NCBI GenBank assembly: GCA_033763455.1
Contig: JANRKO010000019.1
Coordinates: 137,618 to 201,617, forward strand
Reading direction: 5' to 3'
DNA from: Polyangiaceae bacterium
GTDB lineage: Bacteria; Myxococcota_A; Polyangia; Polyangiales; Polyangiaceae
DNA length: 64,000 bases
Both the position numbers and the translations under genes were made by a program. Numbering within the stretch: the stretch's first letter is position 1; each line of letters opens with the position of its first letter. Shown piece by piece: positions 19,732 to 31,444 of this stretch. The notes beneath the pieces are model-generated. The model was not told the origin of the DNA and made no database searches. It worked only from the letters and a program-made list of their open reading frames with translations.

Positions 19732-22445
19732 GCTGACTCCTCGGCGTGTGGCTCCAAAGGCTCCGGCGGCGGCAGCATGGGGGCCTGGCCCAGAAGTGGC
19801 AACGCGAAGCGAAAGGAAGCCCCTCCCCCCGCGCGGTTTTCTGCCCAAATGCGACCACCATGCGCTGTCACGATGGCGCGACAAATCGCCAGGCCCAAGC
19901 CTACCCCGCTTGGGCTGCCTTCGCGCACGGCGCGGTGAAACTTCTCGAAGATACGCGCCTCCTGCCCTTCCGGGATCCCTGGGCCTCTGTCAGCCACTTC
20001 CACCACGACTTCGCCGGGCACCAGGGTCGCCACGATGTCGATCCCTCCTTCACTGTACTTGGCGGCATTCTCCAGCAGGTTGATCAGTGCTTGCTCGATC
20101 AGGATAGGATCGCAGGGCATGAGCGGTAACCCTGGCGGAAGCTCTACCTTGAGCTCGCGGGCTTTCAAGCGAGCTTCCAAACGTTGTAGCGCGGAGCCCA
20201 ACACTTCTTCGAGGGGCACCCACTCCTTTTTTACACGAATGGCGCCCGATTCGAGCCGGGTCATATCCAATAGATTGCGAATCAGCCGGTTGAGGCGTTC
20301 GGCTTCTTCCAAGATCGTCTCGGTGAGCTCACGCCGCACAGGTGCTTCGAGTGAGGGCACATCTTGAAGCAACGTACTGGCAGCTCCCGTGATCACGGCC
20401 AGGGGGGTTCTTAGATCATGAGACACGGAGCTCAGAAGCGAGCTTCGCAGCTGCTCAGTTTCGATTTCTTGACGCGCTTGGCTGGTCTCGGCCGCCAACA
20501 GGCTACGCTCCATCGCCAATGCCATTTGGGCGGCAAATGCGTCGAGATGGCGCCTTTGATCGATGGCAAGAAAGCGGTCCTTTTGCTCGGCTGTTACTCC
20601 CAAAACGCCCACGATCCCCCTCGAGGCAAGAAGTGGCACATAGAGGGTGGAGCCGCTCGGCAGCGTGTTGGTGCCTACCCCTGCTTCCTTCTTATTAGCC
20701 CAAACCCACTCGCCCACACTCACATCCCGATCTTGCGGCGGATTGTTGGTCGAGGCGCGTGCACACAAGAGGGAGCCTCCCCTATCCTTGACGAACACGT
20801 TCACCGTGCTCCCAAAAGCCCTCTCGATCTGCTCTGCCGCCACCTGAATCACGGTGCCGCCATCCTCGGCAGCTGCAAGCTCCCGACTCAAATCATAGAG
20901 TGCTGTCGTTCGATGTTCACGCTGTCTGGCCGATAAAGCCTGATTGCGAACGCGTTCGGTAAGGCCACTAATTACCACGGCAACCACAAACATGACCGCA
21001 AAAGTCACAATATGCCGCAAGTCCCCAACGGCAAAGGTAAAATAGGGTGGGACAAAGAAGAAGTCCAACGCGGCCACGCTGAGGAGCGCAGCCGATACGG
21101 ATGGCCCGAGCCCAAAGCGACTGGCAACGAGCACAATGCCGAGTAAATACGTCATCACCACGTCCGCCAGCTGAGCGGGGCCAAAGATGACCCACGCCAG
21201 CGCCGTGGAGAGTGCCGTGACGCCGAGAGCAGACAAAAAACTGGGAATATTGAGGGGAACTGGCTGCGGTTTGTCGATTACGGCCTCTGCGGGATCGGGG
21301 TCGCCGGCGGTAACGAATACGTCGATATCACCACTCTTTTTGACAATTTGATCGACGAGCGAAGGCCGAAAGCGATCGCGCAATCTGAGTGCCACCGGCT
21401 TACCAACGATGATTTTGGTGATGTTACGGCTTCTGGCAAACTCAATCAAAGCATTGGCCGTGTTCTCCCCGGTTAAGGTAGCAACCTGTGCGCCGAGTTG
21501 CTGGGCCAGCCTCAAGTTCTGCGAGAGGCGGGCAGCGGCAGATGCCGGCAGCGGCCGGATCGCGTTGGGCTCTACATACACCGCAAACCACGAGGCATGA
21601 AGCGTGGAAGCCATGCGCCGAGCGGCTCGGAGGAGGTGCGCCGAATAGGGGCTTGCACTCACGGCCACCAGGATACTCTCGGTGGTGGCCCAGGTCTGCT
21701 CGATGTGCTGCGCCTTTCGATATTCACGCATCTGAGCGTCGACCCGCTCGGCGGTCGTGCGCAATGCCAGTTCGCGCAAAGCGATGAGATTCCCTTTCCT
21801 AAAGAAATTCTCGATCGCACGCTGCGCCTGCGCCGGCACGTAGACCTTGCCGTCGCGCAAGCGTTCCAGAAGGTCATCCGCCGGAAGATCCACGAGCTTG
21901 ATCTCGTGAGCAGCACCCAAGATGGCGTCAGGGACCGTCTCGCGCACGACGACACCGGTGATCTTAGCAATCACGTCATTCAGGCTCTCCACATGTTGCA
22001 CGTTTAGGGTGGAAAAAACATCGATCCCGGCGTCGAGCAGCTCTTCCACGTCTTGCCAACGTTTGGGATGGCGAGAGCCCTCGGCATTCGTGTGTGCCAG
22101 CTCGTCGATCAGGATCAGATCTGGGCGACGAGCTAACGCCCCATCTAAATCGAACTCCTGAACCTCCACCCCTCGGTACACCACTTTTCGCAACGGCAAA
22201 AGCGGCAGCCCTAAAACAAGTGCGGCGGTCTCGTAGCGCCCGTGGGTTTCCACGATCCCCACCACCACATCGCGCCTCTCGCGTTCGAGCTCCGCGCGCG
22301 CCGCCTCCAGCATCGCGTACGTTTTGCCGACCCCTGGAGCTGCTCCAAAAAAGAGCGTCAGCTTTCCGTGCTTCGCGCGCGCCTCCTCGGCCACCACGCG
22401 GCGCAAGAGCTCATCAGGATCTGGACGGTGGGGCTGGTTAGTCAT
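19728..22445 (-). CDS. kdpD: sensor histidine kinase KdpD
   Basis: N-terminal KdpD/Usp domain (GAAPGVGKTYAML), TM region, and HisKA (SHDLRTPL) + HATPase. Confidence 0.9.
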   Translation of the reverse strand: MTNQPHRPDPDELLRRVVAEEARAKHGKLTLFFGAAPGVGKTYAMLEAARAELERERRDVVVGIVETHGRYETAALVLGLPLLPLRKVVYRGVEVQEFDLDGALARRPDLILIDELAHTNAEGSRHPKRWQDVEELLDAGIDVFSTLNVQHVESLNDVIAKITGVVVRETVPDAILGAAHEIKLVDLPADDLLERLRDGKVYVPAQAQRAIENFFRKGNLIALRELALRTTAERVDAQMREYRKAQHIEQTWATTESILVAVSASPYSAHLLRAARRMASTLHASWFAVYVEPNAIRPLPASAAARLSQNLRLAQQLGAQVATLTGENTANALIEFARSRNITKIIVGKPVALRLRDRFRPSLVDQIVKKSGDIDVFVTAGDPDPAEAVIDKPQPVPLNIPSFLSALGVTALSTALAWVIFGPAQLADVVMTYLLGIVLVASRFGLGPSVSAALLSVAALDFFFVPPYFTFAVGDLRHIVTFAVMFVVAVVISGLTERVRNQALSARQREHRTTALYDLSRELAAAEDGGTVIQVAAEQIERAFGSTVNVFVKDRGGSLLCARASTNNPPQDRDVSVGEWVWANKKEAGVGTNTLPSGSTLYVPLLASRGIVGVLGVTAEQKDRFLAIDQRRHLDAFAAQMALAMERSLLAAETSQARQEIETEQLRSSLLSSVSHDLRTPLAVITGAASTLLQDVPSLEAPVRRELTETILEEAERLNRLIRNLLDMTRLESGAIRVKKEWVPLEEVLGSALQRLEARLKARELKVELPPGLPLMPCDPILIEQALINLLENAAKYSEGGIDIVATLVPGEVVVEVADRGPGIPEGQEARIFEKFHRAVREGSPSGVGLGLAICRAIVTAHGGRIWAENRAGGGASFRFALPLLGQAPMLPPPEPLEPHAEESA

Positions 22446-22478
22446 CGCTAAGGCTAGGCCCCCTGGCTTGGGCGGCCG

Positions 22479-23096
22479 TTATTTGACCGCGTCCAGAGCG
22501 AGATTCAACTCTAAGACGTTGACCCGTGGTTCGCCGATGAATCCTAGCGTCTTTCCAAGCGTGTGATCTAGGACGAGTTGGTTCACCCGGTCAACGGCGA
22601 GCCCCCGCGCCTTTGCCACACGGGCTGCCTGCAAGTGGGCGTTAGCTGGGCTGATGTGCGGATCCAGGCCACTCGCAGAGCGTGTGGCGGCATCGGCGGG
22701 AACAATGCTACCGGGTGCGAGCCCATTCTCCTCGCGGTAGGCCTTGGCCAGATCTCCGAAGCCAAGGTAGGTCTCGTCGGCCTCTTTGGTGGCCGGATCA
22801 TCTTTGATGCCGTTCACGAGCTTGTCACTGGTCGGACCGAGGTTCGTGCCGCTCGAGTTCGCAGCGTCGTAGCCTGCGCCCGCGGCTGAAGGCCGTGGAT
22901 GAAAGTACTCGGGCTTGGTGAAGGCTTGACCCAGAAGGGATGATCCGACGACCTTGCCGTTTGCGTCCTTGACGAAACTGCCGCTGGCTTGGTTGGGAAA
23001 CGCAACACGGCCAATCGCCCAGACCACGACGGGAAACGCTAGCCCAGTCACGACGACGAAGAAGAGGGTGAGTAAAATGGCAGGACGTAGTTGCTG
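22479..23096 (-). CDS. kdpC: K+-transporting ATPase subunit C
   Basis: MQQLRPAILLTLFFVVVTGLAFP...GLDPHISP, with the internal start preferred. Confidence 0.85.
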   Translation of the reverse strand, partial: QQLRPAILLTLFFVVVTGLAFPVVVWAIGRVAFPNQASGSFVKDANGKVVGSSLLGQAFTKPEYFHPRPSAAGAGYDAANSSGTNLGPTSDKLVNGIKDDPATKEADETYLGFGDLAKAYREENGLAPGSIVPADAATRSASGLDPHISPANAHLQAARVAKARGLAVDRVNQLVLDHTLGKTLGFIGEPRVNVLELNLALDAVK

Positions 23097-23101
23097 CATG
23101 A

Positions 23102-25225
23102 TCAAGCGAGCCTCAATAGTACGATGATGCGATCGATGAGCCATATGGCCGGAAAGGGCGCAAGCACCCCACCTACGCCGTAGATGAGCAGATTGCGGCG
23201 CAAGGTGGAGACGGCATTGGTCGGGCGATAGGCAACGCCTCGGAGCGAAAGTGGGATGAGTGCGATGATGATGAGGGCGTTGAAGATAACCGCAGCAAGC
23301 ACGGCGGACTGTGGGTTCGTGAGTTGCATGAAGTTGAGCTGGCCGAGCGCCGGATAAGTCAGCAAGAACATCGCCGGAATGATGGCGAAGTATTTGGCGA
23401 CGTCATTGGCGATGCTGAACGTCGTCAGTGCCCCGCGCGTCATCAGCATCTGTTTTCCGATCTCCACGACCTCGATCAGCTTGGTCGGGTTGGAGTCCAA
23501 ATCGACCATATTTCCTGCTTCTTTAGCGGCCTGGGTTCCGGTATTCATGGCCACGCCCACGTCTGCTTGAGCAAGAGCGGGTGCGTCGTTCGTTCCATCT
23601 CCCGTCATCGCCACCAAACGCCCGCCGGACTGTTCTTCGCGGATGAACGCGAGCTTCATTTCAGGTGTTGCTTCGGCAATAAAGTCGTCAACACCTGCCT
23701 CCGCTGCGATGGCGGCAGCCGTCAGTGGGTTATCACCAGTGACCATGACCGTTTTGATGCCCATCTCGCGAAGTTGCAGAAAGCGCTCTTTCATACCACC
23801 CTTCACAATGTCTTTAAGCTGAATCACGCCAAGTGCCCGCCCACCTTCTGCCACCACAAGCGGCGTCCCACCGTCTTTGGCGATGCGTTGAACAAGGTTC
23901 TGAATATCGGAGGGAAAAGTACCACCGTGGGACTCGACAAACTTCTTTACACTGTCCGACGCACCCTTCCGGATCTGCGAATCCCCCACATCCACCCCGC
24001 TCATACGGGTGTTGGCGGTAAACTCAACGAAGTGAGCATCACCGAGCTCGCTCACTTCACGGGCCGCGACTCCATATTTGTCCCTGGCGAGTACGACGAT
24101 GCTTCTGCCTTCGGGCGTTTCGTCGGCAAGCGATGCCAGTTGGGCGACCCGCGCAAATTCCTCTATCCGTACGTTGCTGCTCGGGAAAAACTCAGTCGCC
24201 TGACGGTTGCCAAGCGTGATCGTACCGGTCTTGTCTAACAGCAAGGTGTTGACGTCGCCAGCCGCCTCCACGGCTTTGCCACTCATCGCCAATACATTGT
24301 GTTGCATCACGCGATCCATGCCGGCGATGCCGATGGCGCTCAAGAGGCCACCGATCGTCGTGGGGATGAGGCAAACGAGCAACGCCACGAGGACCGTGAT
24401 GCTGGGCACCGCTCCCGTTTCGCCCGCCGCGAACTTGGCGAAGGGCAACAAGGTCACCGTGGCGAACACGAAGATGAGTGTAAGCCCCGCAAGGAGTATT
24501 GAAAGCGCGATCTCGTTGGGCGTTTTCTGCCGCTTGGCGCCTTCAACTAGCGCAATCATACGATCAAGAAAGCTATGGCCTGGGTCTTGGGTTACGCGCA
24601 CCACGATTCTATCGGAGAGCACTTTGGTACCACCAGTAACAGCGCTTCGGTCACCTCCACTTTCGCGAATAACGGGCGCTGATTCACCGGTGATGGCCGA
24701 CTCGTCTACACTTGCGACACCTTCGATAATCTCGCCGTCCGCTGCGATGACATCACCCACCTCGCACACGAAAAGGTCACCCTTTGCGAGGCGCGGGGCC
24801 GGAACGCGCTCCTCCTTTCCGTTCTGCAGTCGACGCGCTGTCGTGTCGGTTTTCGTCTTGCGCAAGGCGTCGGCCTGCGCTTTGCCGCGCCCTTCCGCCA
24901 TCGCTTCTGCGAAGTTTGCAAAGAGCACCGTAAACCAAAGCCAGAGGCAGATTTGGCCCACAAAGAGTGTGTCCGCCGCGTTCGTTATGAGTCCCCGGAT
25001 GAAGAAATAGGTGGTAATGGCGCTGCCGACCTCTACCACGAACATCACCGGATTTTTCGCCACTACGCGCGGATCGAGCTTCACGAACGCGTCTTTTATG
25101 GCGCGGCGCACAATGCTGGCTTCGAAAAGCGCGCGTGGCGCATTTTTGGGTCGCACGCCGCGACTCGTCGAATCGGCTGGGGCAACTGCTGAAGGGGCAG
25201 GATCGAGAGTCTTTTGGGTTGCCAT
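23102..25225 (-). CDS. kdpB: K+-transporting P-type ATPase subunit B
   Basis: DKTGTIT phosphorylation motif, TGDN, and [10 protein letters not shown]. Confidence 0.9.
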   Translation of the reverse strand: MATQKTLDPAPSAVAPADSTSRGVRPKNAPRALFEASIVRRAIKDAFVKLDPRVVAKNPVMFVVEVGSAITTYFFIRGLITNAADTLFVGQICLWLWFTVLFANFAEAMAEGRGKAQADALRKTKTDTTARRLQNGKEERVPAPRLAKGDLFVCEVGDVIAADGEIIEGVASVDESAITGESAPVIRESGGDRSAVTGGTKVLSDRIVVRVTQDPGHSFLDRMIALVEGAKRQKTPNEIALSILLAGLTLIFVFATVTLLPFAKFAAGETGAVPSITVLVALLVCLIPTTIGGLLSAIGIAGMDRVMQHNVLAMSGKAVEAAGDVNTLLLDKTGTITLGNRQATEFFPSSNVRIEEFARVAQLASLADETPEGRSIVVLARDKYGVAAREVSELGDAHFVEFTANTRMSGVDVGDSQIRKGASDSVKKFVESHGGTFPSDIQNLVQRIAKDGGTPLVVAEGGRALGVIQLKDIVKGGMKERFLQLREMGIKTVMVTGDNPLTAAAIAAEAGVDDFIAEATPEMKLAFIREEQSGGRLVAMTGDGTNDAPALAQADVGVAMNTGTQAAKEAGNMVDLDSNPTKLIEVVEIGKQMLMTRGALTTFSIANDVAKYFAIIPAMFLLTYPALGQLNFMQLTNPQSAVLAAVIFNALIIIALIPLSLRGVAYRPTNAVSTLRRNLLIYGVGGVLAPFPAIWLIDRIIVLLRLA

Positions 25226-25238
25226 AGTGTCTATTCCG

Positions 25239-27050
25239 TCAGTGAGTTCCCAAGGTGTGCATCTGGAAGTGCTCAACGATGGGTCCGAGCGCGAGCCCCG
25301 GGAAATAGGTGAGCGCTCCTACGGTCAGCACGACGCCGATCAAGAGAGCCGTAAACGTGGGTGTATCAGTAGGGAATGTGCCGGATGAGGCAGGAACGAG
25401 TGTCTTTTTCGCCAAAGCGCCCGCCATGGCCAAGAGGGGCACGATCATGAAAAAGCGTCCAAACAACATCGAAAGGGCGATGGTCGTGTTGTACCAGGGC
25501 GTGTTTGCGGTGATGCCTGCGAAGGCAGAACCGTTGTTTCCCGTGCCTGAGGCATAAGCGTAGAAGATTTCGCTGAAGCCGTGAGGGCCACCGTTGTTGA
25601 GATTGTTCGTCGTCGCTCCGTAGACAGTGTCGGAGCCGCCGTAGGCGCTGCCTGGCCAGGTATTGAGTGCCGCAAGCGCACCTTCCTTGGGTATATCCAC
25701 GGTGCTTGAGAGTGCCGTGAATCCGAGCACGCAAGCAGCCAAGATAAGAGTCGCCAACATCGCCATTTGCACCTCGAATTTCTCAATCTTCTTGCCGAGG
25801 TATTCCGGCGTTCGACCCACCATGAGGCCAGCGATGAACACGGCCAAGATGGCAAACATCAACATACCGTAAAGACCAGCACCGACGCCACCGAAGATCA
25901 CTTCACCAGTCAGCATGTTAAATAGCGGCACAAGCCCACCCAGAGGCGTGAAGCTGTCGTGCATCGAGTTGACGGCTCCACACGAAGCCCCGGTCGTCAC
26001 CGTTGCAAACAACGCTGAGCTGGCGATACCGAAGCGGACTTCTTTGCCCTCCATGTTGCCACCGGGCTGGAGCGGTGTGGCGGCCGTCTCGATATTGGCG
26101 TTGGCAAGGTGCGGGGTTCCCGCTTGCTCCCCGACAGTGCAAACAACGACGCCCACGATGGCCAAAAAGGCCATGGCGCCAAAAATGGCCCAACCCTGCT
26201 TGGCATTGCCGACCATTTTGCCAAACGTGTGCGTGATGGCGGCCGGGATCATCCAAATGAGGAGAACCGTAAAGAAGCTGCTGAGCGCAGTTGGGTTTTC
26301 GAAGGGGTGCGCGGAATTCGCATTGAAAAAACCGCCGCCGTTGGTTCCGAGCTGCTTGATGATCTCCTGGGAAGCCACCGGGCCGAGCGCGATTGTCTGC
26401 TTACCACCTTCGAGCGTAGTCACCACGGTGTAGGGATCAAAATTCTGTGGGACCCCTAGCGCGAGGTAGATCACGGCGCCCACCAAGGCTATCGGCAGGA
26501 GCACGTACAGGGTGGCGCGCACCACATCAACCCAGAAGTTCCCGATGCCATTGGCGTTCTTCCGCGCAAAGCCTCGAACCAGAGCGATGGCGATCCCGAT
26601 ACCCACGGCCGCAGACGCCCAGTTGTGGATGGCCAGTGCCACCATATTCGAGAAATACGAAAGAGTGACCTCCGGCGAATAGCTCTGCCAGTTGGTGTTC
26701 GTCGTGAACGACACGGCGGTATTGAACGCCAGATCGGGGCTCATTTGCTTGGCTCCGAAACCTTGCGGATTCAGCGGTAGAAAGCCTTGAAACCGCAACG
26801 CTGCATAGGTGAAAAGCAGCGAAACAATTGAGAATAGGAGCATGGCCACGGCATAGGTGGTCCACTTCATGTCGTTATTTGGGTCTACGCGGAGCACGCG
26901 ATAGGTTCCTCGCTCCAGCCAGCCGAGCGGCGTGTGCAGGAACGTTTTCTCCCCTGAAAACACCCGAGCCATGTACGAACCCAAGGGCTTCGTAACCAAA
27001 AACAGCAGGCCAAAGAAAACGATACTTAGCAGAATAGCGGAAGTCGTCAT
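25239..27050 (-). CDS. kdpA: K+-transporting ATPase subunit A
   Basis: 603-aa polytopic membrane protein with a KdpA-like N-terminus [30 protein letters not shown]. Confidence 0.9.
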   Translation of the reverse strand: MTTSAILLSIVFFGLLFLVTKPLGSYMARVFSGEKTFLHTPLGWLERGTYRVLRVDPNNDMKWTTYAVAMLLFSIVSLLFTYAALRFQGFLPLNPQGFGAKQMSPDLAFNTAVSFTTNTNWQSYSPEVTLSYFSNMVALAIHNWASAAVGIGIAIALVRGFARKNANGIGNFWVDVVRATLYVLLPIALVGAVIYLALGVPQNFDPYTVVTTLEGGKQTIALGPVASQEIIKQLGTNGGGFFNANSAHPFENPTALSSFFTVLLIWMIPAAITHTFGKMVGNAKQGWAIFGAMAFLAIVGVVVCTVGEQAGTPHLANANIETAATPLQPGGNMEGKEVRFGIASSALFATVTTGASCGAVNSMHDSFTPLGGLVPLFNMLTGEVIFGGVGAGLYGMLMFAILAVFIAGLMVGRTPEYLGKKIEKFEVQMAMLATLILAACVLGFTALSSTVDIPKEGALAALNTWPGSAYGGSDTVYGATTNNLNNGGPHGFSEIFYAYASGTGNNGSAFAGITANTPWYNTTIALSMLFGRFFMIVPLLAMAGALAKKTLVPASSGTFPTDTPTFTALLIGVVLTVGALTYFPGLALGPIVEHFQMHTLGTH

Positions 27051-27053
27051 GGT

Positions 27054-27140
27054 TCAGAACTTCTCCGGCACGAGCAGAGCGTAAACGAGGTACACCAACA
27101 ACATGAGCGTCACCGCCCCAATCCAAAGCGTGTCAGTCAT
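27054..27140 (-). CDS. kdpF: K+-transporting ATPase subunit F (28 aa)
   Basis: Not in the ORF track. The reverse complement reads MTDTLWIGAVTLMLLVYLVYALLVPEKF*, with the ...PEKF ending typical of KdpF. Confidence 0.75.
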   Translation of the reverse strand: MTDTLWIGAVTLMLLVYLVYALLVPEKF

Positions 27141-27243
27141 GGGGGCTGCCTCCGCGCAGGTGCTCGCAACCGCGGGTGTAGGCGATGCACAGGGCAAAAA
27201 AGCCCACAGAAACAGCCACGAAAATTAGGTCACTCATACTCAT

Positions 27244-27476
27244 TTCTCAGGGATTTTTGCACGGCGCTTATATTTGGCGTTAATCCGATTCTTGATTCCA
27301 CGAACGTTGATTGAAGCCAGCCAATCGTAATCGCTAGTCCATCAACGAGGCGTAAAGAGATCACGGCTCAAGGTAAGGGAAAGATAAAGATTGCGTCACT
27401 CAGCCAACGCGCGCGTTACCACAAGCGCCAGCCGAGCTAGAGTTGTGCCCCCCAATTGTCCCTATCCAGTTAGCCC
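27244..27476 (-). promoter_or_regulatory. AT-rich kdp promoter / probable KdpE-binding region
   Basis: Markedly AT-enriched intergenic sequence upstream of kdpF(A). Confidence 0.4.
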
Positions 27477-28004
27477 CTAAGGCAAACGTTCTTTCGGCAC
27501 CAACCCCTGTGCTAAACGCACGTAGCGCGGCGAAAATACCTTATTCTGCTCCAGCTCTTCAGGCGTAAGTTGGCGAACCACTTTCGCCGGCCGACCAAGC
27601 ACGAGCGTTCGTGGCGGCACCACGAGCCTGCCGACCAATAGAGAGCCCGCTCCCACCATCGCGCCTTCTCCAACAACCACTTGATCCATCAAGATCGAGC
27701 CGAGCCCTATGATCGCTCCGTCACGGATCTCGGCACCGTGGATCATCACACCGTGACCCACCGTAACGTCGTTGCCGATAACGGTGTTGGAAAGGCCCGT
27801 CGTCATGTGCAACATACTGAGATCTTGAATGCTCGTGCGCGCACCGATCCGAATCGCGCCAACATCGCCCCGAAGCACGGCGCCATACCAGATACTAGAA
27901 TCATCCCCAATCTCCACGTCGCCTATTATGGTGGCATTTTCGGCCAAAAATACCCCGCTGCCAAAGCGCGGATGAAACTCTGCGAAGCTCTTGACGAGGG
28001 CCAT
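27477..28004 (-). CDS. gamma-class carbonic anhydrase family (hexapeptide repeat) protein
   Basis: Left-handed beta-helix hexapeptide repeats; HMTTGL, GHGVMIHGAEI. Confidence 0.8.
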   Translation of the reverse strand: MALVKSFAEFHPRFGSGVFLAENATIIGDVEIGDDSSIWYGAVLRGDVGAIRIGARTSIQDLSMLHMTTGLSNTVIGNDVTVGHGVMIHGAEIRDGAIIGLGSILMDQVVVGEGAMVGAGSLLVGRLVVPPRTLVLGRPAKVVRQLTPEELEQNKVFSPRYVRLAQGLVPKERLP

Positions 28005-29452
28005 CACATCACCGGAAGTGCTCTAAGCTGGGCTTTCGTTTTCTGATCTTGCCAGGGCAGGTGCCGCGTGGGTTCCACGAGCTCAGCGGCCAAGGAATTT
28101 TTGAAAGCGCGCAGAATGCGAACCTCGCAGACTTCCCCCACTGGGCTCGTGGTTGCCCAAAAGTGCACAATTTCGTTGCGTTCGGTGCGGCCTGTGTAGC
28201 CACCGCGCTGATTCAACCCCTCCACCAACACCTGCTGAGTGGTACCGATAAGGCTCGTCAGGTGCGCAATCCGTGCCCGCTCAACCACATCAAACAACTC
28301 AGCCAAACGCCGAGCTTTTTCGGGCTCCGGCACGTCATCTTCCAGCTTGAGCGAAGGCGTGTGTGGCCGCGGTGAATACTTGAAACCAAAAAGCCCAACA
28401 AACCCAACTTTTTCAACGAGCTCTAACGTCGCCTGAAAATCCTCGAGCGTCTCTCCCGGAAAACCGACGATCACGTCGGTTGAAAGAGTCATCCCAGGCA
28501 CCGAGTCCCTGAGGGCTGTGATGCGCTCAAGGTACTCTTCGGCACTGTAGCGCCGAATCATCTTCTTAAGCAGGCGGTCGCTGCCTGATTGCACAGGCAT
28601 ATGCACGTGTTTGGCGAGGATCGGTATCTCGGTGTGTGCCGAAATCAAGCGCGCTGTAAGGTGGCGCGGGTGCGGGCTCGTGTAGCGTAAGCGCAAAAGG
28701 CCCGGCACTTGGCGAGCAATCGCGTGCAAGAGTGCAGGGAATTCGCTTTCTGCCTCGTTGGCTCGAAGGTGCGGAGCTTGACGGAATTCGAGTGCCGAGG
28801 GCGGTGCAGCCGGCAGGCTTCCGGAAGGGTCGCGGTAGCTGTTCACCGTTTGCCCGAGTAGCGTCACTTCCTTCACCCCCGCCAAAACCAGCCGTTCGAT
28901 CTCGTCTAAGATCTCTCTGGATGGGCGGTAGCGTTCTGGCCCGCGAGTGTATGGCACCACACAATACGAGCAGCGCTCATCGCACCCCTTCATCACGGTT
29001 ACGAAAGCGCTCGGCATGACTTTGCCCGCCTCGGGGCGTGCTTGCAGGAATTCAGGTGCGTCGAGATCGAACTCGGTGCGAACCTGCGGAGGCGACCCGG
29101 CCTCCGCGCGGGCTAAAAGGGTGGGAAGCTCCGCAATGTTGTCCGGCCCGATCACGATGTCGATCTGCGGGAGCGTCTTGATGAGGCGTTCGCCTTCTTG
29201 TTGGGCCACGCAACCGGCAACGCCAATCAGGAGGCCGGGCCGCTCACGCTTGAGCAGGCCCAAACGCCCCACTTCACTGCGTAGCTTCTGTTCGGCTTTC
29301 TCTCGCACGCTGCACGTGTTCAGGAGCACCACGTCCGCCTCTTCGAGCTTCTCGGTCGCCCAATATCCGGCGCCCGTGAGCACTTCGGAGAGGCGCTCTG
29401 AATCGTGGCTGTTCATCTGGCAGCCGAAGGTAATGACACTGAAAGCGGGCAT
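28004..29452 (-). CDS. miaB: tRNA-i6A37 methylthiotransferase MiaB (radical SAM)
   Basis: MTTase N-domain CQMN, radical SAM CDERCSYC, and a TRAM domain. Confidence 0.85.
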   Translation of the reverse strand: MPAFSVITFGCQMNSHDSERLSEVLTGAGYWATEKLEEADVVLLNTCSVREKAEQKLRSEVGRLGLLKRERPGLLIGVAGCVAQQEGERLIKTLPQIDIVIGPDNIAELPTLLARAEAGSPPQVRTEFDLDAPEFLQARPEAGKVMPSAFVTVMKGCDERCSYCVVPYTRGPERYRPSREILDEIERLVLAGVKEVTLLGQTVNSYRDPSGSLPAAPPSALEFRQAPHLRANEAESEFPALLHAIARQVPGLLRLRYTSPHPRHLTARLISAHTEIPILAKHVHMPVQSGSDRLLKKMIRRYSAEEYLERITALRDSVPGMTLSTDVIVGFPGETLEDFQATLELVEKVGFVGLFGFKYSPRPHTPSLKLEDDVPEPEKARRLAELFDVVERARIAHLTSLIGTTQQVLVEGLNQRGGYTGRTERNEIVHFWATTSPVGEVCEVRILRAFKNSLAAELVEPTRHLPWQDQKTKAQLRALPVM

Positions 29453-29593
29453 GGCCGGGCCCCTATAGCACGCAATCCGGGACGGCCAGCCCCGGGCCCA
29501 AAGGGCTGGACCGCGGGAGCGGATTGACCGGCTCGGGCACGCTTCCTATCTTCCCGGAGTCCCGAAAATCCCGTCAATTTCTGGAGGAGCACT

Positions 29594-31357
29594 ATGGATC
29601 CCGAATACGCGAATCTCGTCGAACTGTTCGAGCAAGCCTGCGCCAAGTTCGATGCTCGCGAGTTGTTCGGAACCAAGCGGGGTGGCCGCTGGGAGTGGAT
29701 GACGTTCGGGCAGTTCAAGGCCGACGTGGATAAGTGCCGGGGCGGCCTCGCGCAGCTGGGAGTGAGAGCCGGGGATAAGGTGGCGATAATCTCCAATAAT
29801 CGCGTGGAATGGGCGGTGTTGGCGTACGCCACCTATTCGCTCGGGGCGGTTTACGTACCGATGTATGAAGTACAGCCCAAGGATGAATGGGCTTTCATCT
29901 TGCATGATTCCGACGCCAAAGTGGTGGTCGCAGCGACTCGGGTGATTGCGGAAACGTTGGAAGGCTTGCGAACCGGCTGTCCCAAGTTGGAAAAGATCAT
30001 CAGCTTGGAGGGCCCCGGTGGCTCCCTCTCTTACGAAGCCCTGCTCAGCCAGGGCGCCAGAACACCCAAAGATCCCGTGTATCCAGCGTCGAGTGAGGTT
30101 GCCGGCTTCATCTACACGTCGGGCACCACCGGGATGCCCAAGGGCGTAGTCCTCTCGCACTCGAACATCTGCTTCGACATTTGGGCCTCATTTTCCTGTT
30201 TTGACTTTGGCCCGCTAGACCGCTCGTTAGCGTTTTTGCCCTGGGCACACTCTTACGGCCAAGTAGCAGAGCTGCACGGGCTCCTTAGCCGCGGCACCTC
30301 GATCGCGATCAACGACGAGGTACCAAACCTCGTCGCCAACTTGGCCGAGGTGCGGCCAACCGTGCTGGTTGCCGTACCAAGGATCTTTAACCGCATCTAC
30401 GACGGCATCCAGAAACAGATGGCGGCCAAGCCGGGCGCCATTCGCGCGTTGTTCAAAAAAGGCGTCGACGTAGCCGGAAAAAAGAGCCGGGGTGAGAGAA
30501 TTGGCACGCTCGATAGCATGGCCCACGCCTTGGCGGATAAGCTCATTTTCTCCAAGGTTCGAGCCAAATTCGGCGGCCGGTTGCGGTTTGTGGTGAGCGG
30601 AAGCTCGGCACTCAACAAAGACGTCGCCATGTTCATCGATGCGCTCGGAATCGAGGTTTATGAAGGATACGGCCTCAGCGAAACGAGCCCCGTGGCAGCG
30701 AGCAATTACCCCGGGCACCGCAAGATCGGCAGCGTTGGCCTACCGCTACCAGGCGTCGAAATTCGTATTGATAAGAGCGTTTCCGATGATAACCACCAGG
30801 GGGAGATCTTGATCAAAGGTCGCAATGTAATGCAAGGTTATCACAATCGCCCGGAAGAAACGGCCCTAGTACTCCCAGGTGACGGTTACCTCCGCACAGG
30901 AGATCTCGGCTACCTTGATGAAGACGGTTACCTCTTCATCACTGGGCGCCTGAAAGAGCAATACAAGCTGGAAAACGGTAAATACGTGGCGCCGGCACCG
31001 CTCGAAGAGGACCTCAAGCTTTCGCCGTTCATTCTAAATGCCATGCTGTACGGCGCCAACCACGCCTACAATGTGGCCCTCATCGTGGTCGACAAAGTAG
31101 CAGTTGCCGAGTGGGCCAAAGAAAATGGCGTTGAACTAGGGGACCTCTCGAAGAACCAGAAGCTGAACGAACTTCTGTTTCGTGAGATTGAGACCTATGG
31201 GTCTAAATTCAAGAGCTTCGAGCGGCCCAAGAAGCTCTTCATCACCGACGAAGATTTTAGTACAGAAAATGAGCTTCTAACCCCATCCCTCAAGATCAAA
31301 CGGCGCAATGTGTTGGCCAAATATGGCAAACAATTAGAGGCACTCTATTCGGAGTAA
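29594..31357 (+). CDS. long-chain fatty-acid--CoA ligase (AMP-dependent synthetase)
   Basis: AMP-binding motif YTSGTTGMPKGVVLSH, and TGD...GYL. Confidence 0.8.
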   Translation: MDPEYANLVELFEQACAKFDARELFGTKRGGRWEWMTFGQFKADVDKCRGGLAQLGVRAGDKVAIISNNRVEWAVLAYATYSLGAVYVPMYEVQPKDEWAFILHDSDAKVVVAATRVIAETLEGLRTGCPKLEKIISLEGPGGSLSYEALLSQGARTPKDPVYPASSEVAGFIYTSGTTGMPKGVVLSHSNICFDIWASFSCFDFGPLDRSLAFLPWAHSYGQVAELHGLLSRGTSIAINDEVPNLVANLAEVRPTVLVAVPRIFNRIYDGIQKQMAAKPGAIRALFKKGVDVAGKKSRGERIGTLDSMAHALADKLIFSKVRAKFGGRLRFVVSGSSALNKDVAMFIDALGIEVYEGYGLSETSPVAASNYPGHRKIGSVGLPLPGVEIRIDKSVSDDNHQGEILIKGRNVMQGYHNRPEETALVLPGDGYLRTGDLGYLDEDGYLFITGRLKEQYKLENGKYVAPAPLEEDLKLSPFILNAMLYGANHAYNVALIVVDKVAVAEWAKENGVELGDLSKNQKLNELLFREIETYGSKFKSFERPKKLFITDEDFSTENELLTPSLKIKRRNVLAKYGKQLEALYSE

Positions 31358-31444
31358 GCCCAATACCCCCGAAACCTAAACTAGCGACGGAAGCCAGCTT
31401 TGATTTCGGGGGTTGTGCTTGTGGCACGTGGTCAGCTTTCGCCA

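Noticed and set aside
23324-25010. Long plus-strand ORFs (304 aa, 267 aa) inside kdpB, with similar ones inside kdpA/kdpD.
   Set aside because: These are shadow ORFs antisense to well-supported Kdp genes, expected in high-GC DNA.
31364-31420. CCCCCGAAA...TTTCGGGGG inverted repeat between the convergent acyl-CoA ligase and SPFH genes.
   Set aside because: The 30-nt loop and absence of a T-run make a terminator call speculative.
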